A DNA stretch of 64,000 nucleotides from a bacterium (GTDB lineage: Bacteria; JADJOY01), in NCBI GenBank assembly GCA_046331705.1, contig JAXLQJ010000017.1:1-64000 (forward strand), written 5' to 3'. This document shows positions 59,658-64,000 of this stretch, one piece after another. The notes under the pieces were generated by a model. The model did not search any database, was not told the DNA's origin, and was given only the letters and a program-made list of their open reading frames with translations. The number at the start of each line of letters is the position of its first letter. Within the stretch, counting starts at the first letter, position 1. The translations under genes were made by a program, and so were the position numbers.

Positions 59658-61562
59658 TCAGTCGTCCAGAACGCCTGCCGCGGCGGCTGGCGGCGCCGTG
59701 CCGAGCGTCGTCGCCTGGACCTTCTTGGGCGGGCGCACCCAATGGGCGAAGCCCTGGGTCATCGCCGGCACGTAGGTGATGAGCAGCACGCCCACCGCCA
59801 GCACGCACAGGAACGGAAACGCCTCGCGATAGAGCCGTGTCAGCGGCTTGCCGAAGCGCGATGACGACAGGATCAGATTGAGCCCCATGGGCGGGAACAG
59901 GAAGCCCAGCTCGAGATTCGCGAGGAACACGATCCCCAGGTGCAGCGGGTCGATTCCGTACGCCACCGCCATCGGCGCGAGCAACGGCGCCAGGATCACG
60001 ATCGACGCGAAGATCTCGAACACGCTGCCGAGCACCAGCAGCACGCCGTTCAGCACCAACAGGAACACCACCTGCGAGTGGATGTGCGCCTGCGTCCACT
60101 TGAGCAGCGCCTTGGGGACCTCGGCCTCGACGAAATAGCTCGTGAGGCCCATCGCGACGCCGAGCAGGATCAGCACCGCGCCCACCAGGGTCGCGGCGCG
60201 ATGGATCGTGACGGGTAGCTCGCGGGTCGGGTGGAGATCGCGGAACACCGCGCACTCCACGATCACCGACGCGAGCACCGCCAACGCCGCCGCCTCCACC
60301 ATGGTGGCGAAGCCCGTGAAGATCGCGGTCACCACCATCGCGGGAATCGCCACTTCCCACTTGGCCTGCCAGAGCGCGCGGCCGGCCTCGCGCAGGTCGA
60401 ACGGCGTGCGTGGCGCGTGCGAGCGAGCGCCGATGAAGATGCTGTAGGCGGCCACCAAGAGCAGCATCAGCAGGCCAGGCAGGAATCCGGCGAGAAAGAG
60501 CTCTTCCACGCTCGCGCCGGCCACCACGGCGTAGAGGATCACCGGCAGGCTGGGCGGAAAGAGCAGCCCCAGCGAGCCCGACGACGTGACCAGCCCGAGG
60601 CTGAAGCCCTCGGGGTATTTCTCGTTGAGCAGCATCGGCAGCACCAATCCGCCGAGCGCCAGGATCGTCACGCCGGATCCACCGGTGAACGTCGTGAAGA
60701 GCGCGCACACCAGGCACACCACCAGCGCGATCCCGCCGGGCATCCACCCGAAGAATGCACGCGCCAGCATGAGCAGCCGCTTCGACGCGCCGCCCTCGGC
60801 GAGGATGTAGCCCGCCATGGTGAGCAACGGGATCGCCGGCAACGACGGGTTCGCCACCAGCCGATAGGTCTCGGTGGGCACCGAGGCGATGGCCGTGCCC
60901 TCGGCGAAGTAGAAGAGCATCGCCAGGCCGGCCATCGCGACGAATACCGGCGTGCCGACGAGCATCCCGATCCCCACGGCGATCACGCCCGGCCACACCA
61001 GATGCTCGGCGTAGTCCTCGAGCTTGCCGAGCCCGAGGCCGACGGCGATGCCCGCGAGCGCGATCGCGCGCCCGACCCAGTCGTCGCTGGCCCGCCACGC
61101 GAAGCGCAAGCTCACCAGCGCCATGGCCACGGGCATGATGAGCTGGCTCACCCATTCCTTGATGCCGCCGGGCAGCTCGGCGATGCCCGTGAAGTTCATC
61201 TGCGACTGCACCAGCCGCGCGCACGCATAGCTCAGGAGCGCCGCGACCGCGCCGCTCAGCGTGTTCACGTAGATCTGGCTCGCGTAGCGGAACTTGCCCG
61301 GGGGGATCAGCTCGCCGGTCGCCAGCGCCAGGTGTCGTCCCTGACCGGTGGCGATGAGCGCGCCCAGGAAGCCGATCCAGAGCGTGAGGTGCTGCGTGTA
61401 GAGCAGACCACCCGGAACCCCGGACTTGAAGATCGCGCGGCCCAGCACCTCGAGCACCGGCAGCAGCGTCATGAAGAACACGATCGCCACCATCGACCAA
61501 CGCTCGGCGTTGGCGATGACGCGTTCGACTGGCGTGGCGGGTTCGGTATGCGTCACGTCCAC
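59658..61562 (-). CDS. dctM: TRAP transporter fused small/large permease (DctQ-DctM)
   Basis: N-terminal DctQ-like part (LWIGFLGALIAT...HL), then AIPLL..AG, FTGGSG, GSLGLLFPPS, LFLAG.LPG, GIDPLHLG, PPMGLNL. Confidence 0.93.
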   Translation of the reverse strand: MDVTHTEPATPVERVIANAERWSMVAIVFFMTLLPVLEVLGRAIFKSGVPGGLLYTQHLTLWIGFLGALIATGQGRHLALATGELIPPGKFRYASQIYVNTLSGAVAALLSYACARLVQSQMNFTGIAELPGGIKEWVSQLIMPVAMALVSLRFAWRASDDWVGRAIALAGIAVGLGLGKLEDYAEHLVWPGVIAVGIGMLVGTPVFVAMAGLAMLFYFAEGTAIASVPTETYRLVANPSLPAIPLLTMAGYILAEGGASKRLLMLARAFFGWMPGGIALVVCLVCALFTTFTGGSGVTILALGGLVLPMLLNEKYPEGFSLGLVTSSGSLGLLFPPSLPVILYAVVAGASVEELFLAGFLPGLLMLLLVAAYSIFIGARSHAPRTPFDLREAGRALWQAKWEVAIPAMVVTAIFTGFATMVEAAALAVLASVIVECAVFRDLHPTRELPVTIHRAATLVGAVLILLGVAMGLTSYFVEAEVPKALLKWTQAHIHSQVVFLLVLNGVLLVLGSVFEIFASIVILAPLLAPMAVAYGIDPLHLGIVFLANLELGFLFPPMGLNLILSSSRFGKPLTRLYREAFPFLCVLAVGVLLITYVPAMTQGFAHWVRPPKKVQATTLGTAPPAAAAGVLDD

Positions 61563-61589
61563 GTCGCTCTCTCCTCTCCGGGCGCGCGA

Positions 61590-61619
61590 AAGGCCGACTG
61601 GGCTTGCCCAGCCGGCCTT
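61590..61619 (-). other. 13-bp intergenic hairpin between dctP and dctQM
   Basis: Minus strand AAGGCCGGCTGGG-CAAG-CCCAGTCGGCCTT, with one G-U pair. Confidence 0.65.
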
Positions 61620-61661
61620 CGGCGGCGATCCGATCGCGCGTCCGTCACGAACGGGGCTGAC

Positions 61662-62687
61662 TCACTTGCCGCCCTTGGCCCGGAACTCGTCGCGCAGCTT
61701 CTTCACCATGTCGAACTGGTCCTCGGGCACGACCTTGCCGCGGATCGAGGGCCACGACTTCTCCGCGAAGGTGGCCCATTCGGCGCGCTCCGCATCGCTC
61801 GCGTGGATGACCTCGAGACCGTTTTGCTGCATCGCCTTGATCGAGTCCGCTTCCAGCTTGCCGACCTCGGCGTTGATGCGGGTGCCGAACGAGCGCGCGG
61901 TCTCCATGAGCTTGGGCTGCAGCGCGGGGTCGATCTTCTCCCAGGTGTCCTTCTTCACCAGCGTCGCGGTGAGCAGGCGGCCCCAGGGGATGTCGGGCAT
62001 GTACTTCGCTTGCTCGTACCAGCGCGCGGCGTTCGCCATGATCGCACCGGTGGCGAAGCTCTCGATCATTCCGGTGGTGAGCGAGGTCATCATGTCGGTG
62101 GACGAGAGCACCACCGGCTGGAACCCCGACGCCTTCCAGGCCTCGACGGCGTTGGGATCACCGGCCCACGCGAAGATCTTCACGCCCTCGGCGTCGGCCG
62201 GCTTGTGGAGCGCCTTCTTCGCGAAGAAGTGGATCCAGCCGGTATCGCCCCACGACAGCACCACGTAGCCCTTCTCGAGGAGGCGCTTCTCCCAGACGGG
62301 CTCCATCTTCTCGACCACGTAGTTGAACTCGGCGTCGGTGGTGAGCAGACCCGGCACGCCGGCCGCCTGCGGAGCCGGGTCGATGTTGCGCATGCCGACG
62401 ATCGTGATCGCCGCCGCCTGCACCTGACCGACGCCCATCTTGGTGACGGTGTCGCCCTCGTTGCCCGTGACGCCGCCCGAGTAGACCTTGAGCTCGACGT
62501 CGCCGTTCGACTGCTCCTTCCACTTCTCCGCCAGCTCGAGCAGCAGATTCTCCCAGGCCGATCCCTGGGGCGCGAGTGTCGCGAGCTTGATCTTCACCTT
62601 GCCGGCGTGAGCCGTTTCCGGCGTCGCGACGAACAACGCCGCCACCGTCACCACACCCGCGAGCCAGGCACGAATCGCGCGCTGCAT
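61662..62687 (-). CDS. dctP: TRAP transporter substrate-binding protein (DctP/TatP-type)
   Basis: GGAGG RBS, signal peptide ending AHA, IKLATLAPQGSAW, YSGGVTGNEGD, WGDTGW, SLTTGMI. Confidence 0.92.
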   Translation of the reverse strand: MQRAIRAWLAGVVTVAALFVATPETAHAGKVKIKLATLAPQGSAWENLLLELAEKWKEQSNGDVELKVYSGGVTGNEGDTVTKMGVGQVQAAAITIVGMRNIDPAPQAAGVPGLLTTDAEFNYVVEKMEPVWEKRLLEKGYVVLSWGDTGWIHFFAKKALHKPADAEGVKIFAWAGDPNAVEAWKASGFQPVVLSSTDMMTSLTTGMIESFATGAIMANAARWYEQAKYMPDIPWGRLLTATLVKKDTWEKIDPALQPKLMETARSFGTRINAEVGKLEADSIKAMQQNGLEVIHASDAERAEWATFAEKSWPSIRGKVVPEDQFDMVKKLRDEFRAKGGK

Positions 62688-62701
62688 CGACGACCTCCAC
62701 G

Positions 62702-62758
62702 CACTCGAAAATCGAGTGAGAAAGCCCGGAGGGTAGGCGCGCGCCTCTCCACCGTCAA
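62702..62758 (-). promoter_or_regulatory. Sigma70-like promoter of dctP (TTGACG-N17-TACCCT) with a downstream palindrome CACTCGA-AAA-TCGAGTG
   Basis: -35 at 62758-62753, -10 at 62735-62730, perfect 7-bp inverted repeat at 62702-62718. Confidence 0.6.
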
Positions 62759-62791
62759 CCGAGCGGCGCGACACACCGCGCCACGCGGGCA

Positions 62792-62820
62792 GCGGCATTT
62801 CCCTGCGGCATTTCCCTTGC
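62792..62820 (+). promoter_or_regulatory. Candidate sigma54 promoter CGGCAT-N5-TTGC within a 13-bp tandem duplication
   Basis: GCGGCATTTCCCT twice (62792-62804, 62805-62817); GG-N10-GC at 62807-62820. Confidence 0.5.
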
Positions 62821-62874
62821 GTGCGAGCGAGCTGGATGCGTACCGTGGGGCGAGAGCGAGACGAGGGAGCCCAC

Positions 62875-64000
62875 ATGAAACGCGTCGACGCCGCCGTGAT
62901 CGCGCTGCTGGTCGGCGGGTCGCCGATCACCGTCCGGAGTGCGGTCGCCGCGACGATCGTCGTGACGAGCACCGCGGACGATCTCGCATCCGGTCCAAAC
63001 GGCGACTGCACGCTGCGTGAAGCCGTGCTCGCGGCCAACGGAGACGTCGCCGTGGATGCCTGCCCCGCCGGCAGCGGCGCGGACGTGATCGAGATCCCCG
63101 CAGGCACCTACACCCTCACGCTCGCGGGCGCGGGAGAGGACGGTGGGCTCACCGGCGATCTCGACGTCACAGGCGATCTCGTCATCGCCGGCGCGGGCCG
63201 CGCGAGCACGGTCATCCGCGCCGGCGTCCCTGGATGGGTCTCGGTCGACCGCGCGATCCACGTCCACGGCGTCGGCAGCGTCGAGATCCGCGACCTCACC
63301 GTTCGCGACAGCGGCGTGACCACCGGCACCGTCGGTCCTGGCGGCGGCATCCTCAACGACGGTGCATCGCTCACCGTGCGCCGCGCGGCGCTGGTTTCCA
63401 ACTTCTGCAGCGCGACGGTGTGGTGGGAGGCGTCGAGCGACGCGGGCGGTGGACTGGCGCAGACCGCCGGCTCGCTGTTGCTCACCGAATCCACCGTGGA
63501 TCAGAACCTCTGCACCCGCGGCGGCGGAATCGGCATCCTCGGCGGCACGTTCACGATCGAGCACTCGGTGTTGCGCCGGAACGTCGCGAGCCCCGCGGGC
63601 GGTGGCCTGCTGCTCGCCGCCGCGGTGACTGGCACGATCGATCACAGCGCCGTCGTGCAGAACGCGGCACGCGCGAGCGACGGTCCGGGCAGCTTCTGGC
63701 CCGGCGGCCAAGGTGGCGGCGTCTTCAACGCCGGCGGCCTCACGATCACCAACTCGACGGTGGCGGGCAACGCGGTGACCTCCGGCTATCCCGACACGAG
63801 CGCAGGAGACGGCATCTACAACGCCGGCACGCTCACCCTCGCCTACGCGACCGTTGCTCGCAACGGCTTCCCGACGCCCTTCGGCGGTGCACCCGCGTAC
63901 CGCGCCATCGAGAATCTCGGCGAAGCGGCAACGACGACGATGCACGGCACGCTGATCCACGAGCATTGCGTCGGCACGGGCTTCGTGAGCACCGGCTTCA
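62875..64000 (+). CDS. Secreted CSLREA-domain / right-handed beta-helix protein (runs off the window)
   Basis: Manual translation: MKRVDAAVIALL...ATIVVTSTADD...GDCTLREAVLAAN...ACPAGSGADVI.IPAGTYTL...GDLDV, GGGI repeats. Confidence 0.88.
   Translation, partial: MKRVDAAVIALLVGGSPITVRSAVAATIVVTSTADDLASGPNGDCTLREAVLAANGDVAVDACPAGSGADVIEIPAGTYTLTLAGAGEDGGLTGDLDVTGDLVIAGAGRASTVIRAGVPGWVSVDRAIHVHGVGSVEIRDLTVRDSGVTTGTVGPGGGILNDGASLTVRRAALVSNFCSATVWWEASSDAGGGLAQTAGSLLLTESTVDQNLCTRGGGIGILGGTFTIEHSVLRRNVASPAGGGLLLAAAVTGTIDHSAVVQNAARASDGPGSFWPGGQGGGVFNAGGLTITNSTVAGNAVTSGYPDTSAGDGIYNAGTLTLAYATVARNGFPTPFGGAPAYRAIENLGEAATTTMHGTLIHEHCVGTGFVSTGF

Noticed and set aside
60231-63020. 929-aa plus-strand ORF
   Set aside because: Antisense shadow of dctQM and dctP

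Overview
Very GC-rich (roughly 70%+ by eye), gene-dense bacterial DNA. The gene content (hybrid kinases, sigma54 activator, secreted proteins with Cys/Asp-rich Ca- or metal-binding repeats, CSLREA protein) suggests a Myxococcota/deltaproteobacteria-like genome; that assignment is inference. About 48 credible CDSs. No rRNA, tRNA or CRISPR array was recognised. Main blocks: TetR + acyl-CoA dehydrogenase with a clear promoter/operator; two-kinase operon; secreted or membrane lipolytic enzymes (3 SGNH, PI-PLC-like, patatin); 3 B12-binding radical SAM genes; carotenoid oxygenase-OsmC; a minus-strand chaperone cluster (DUF2760, Hsp70, GNAT, Hsp70-DUF3731, GNAT, with DUF2203-DnaJ-TPR nearby); a rearranged 33.7-36.9 kb locus with a decayed IS1380 between ~255-bp direct repeats and a duplicated 3' end of an NFACT-R gene; UvrD-like helicase; CreBC/ChvIG-like pair preceded by 11-bp-periodic boxes; msrAB; diiron protein; and a TatT-type TRAP transporter split across convergent transcription units. 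Best candidate for an undescribed system: the dual atypical Hsp70 module, whose DUF2760 partner looks GrpE-like and in which each Hsp70 is followed by an acetyltransferase. All family calls come from motif recognition by eye; no database search was run.
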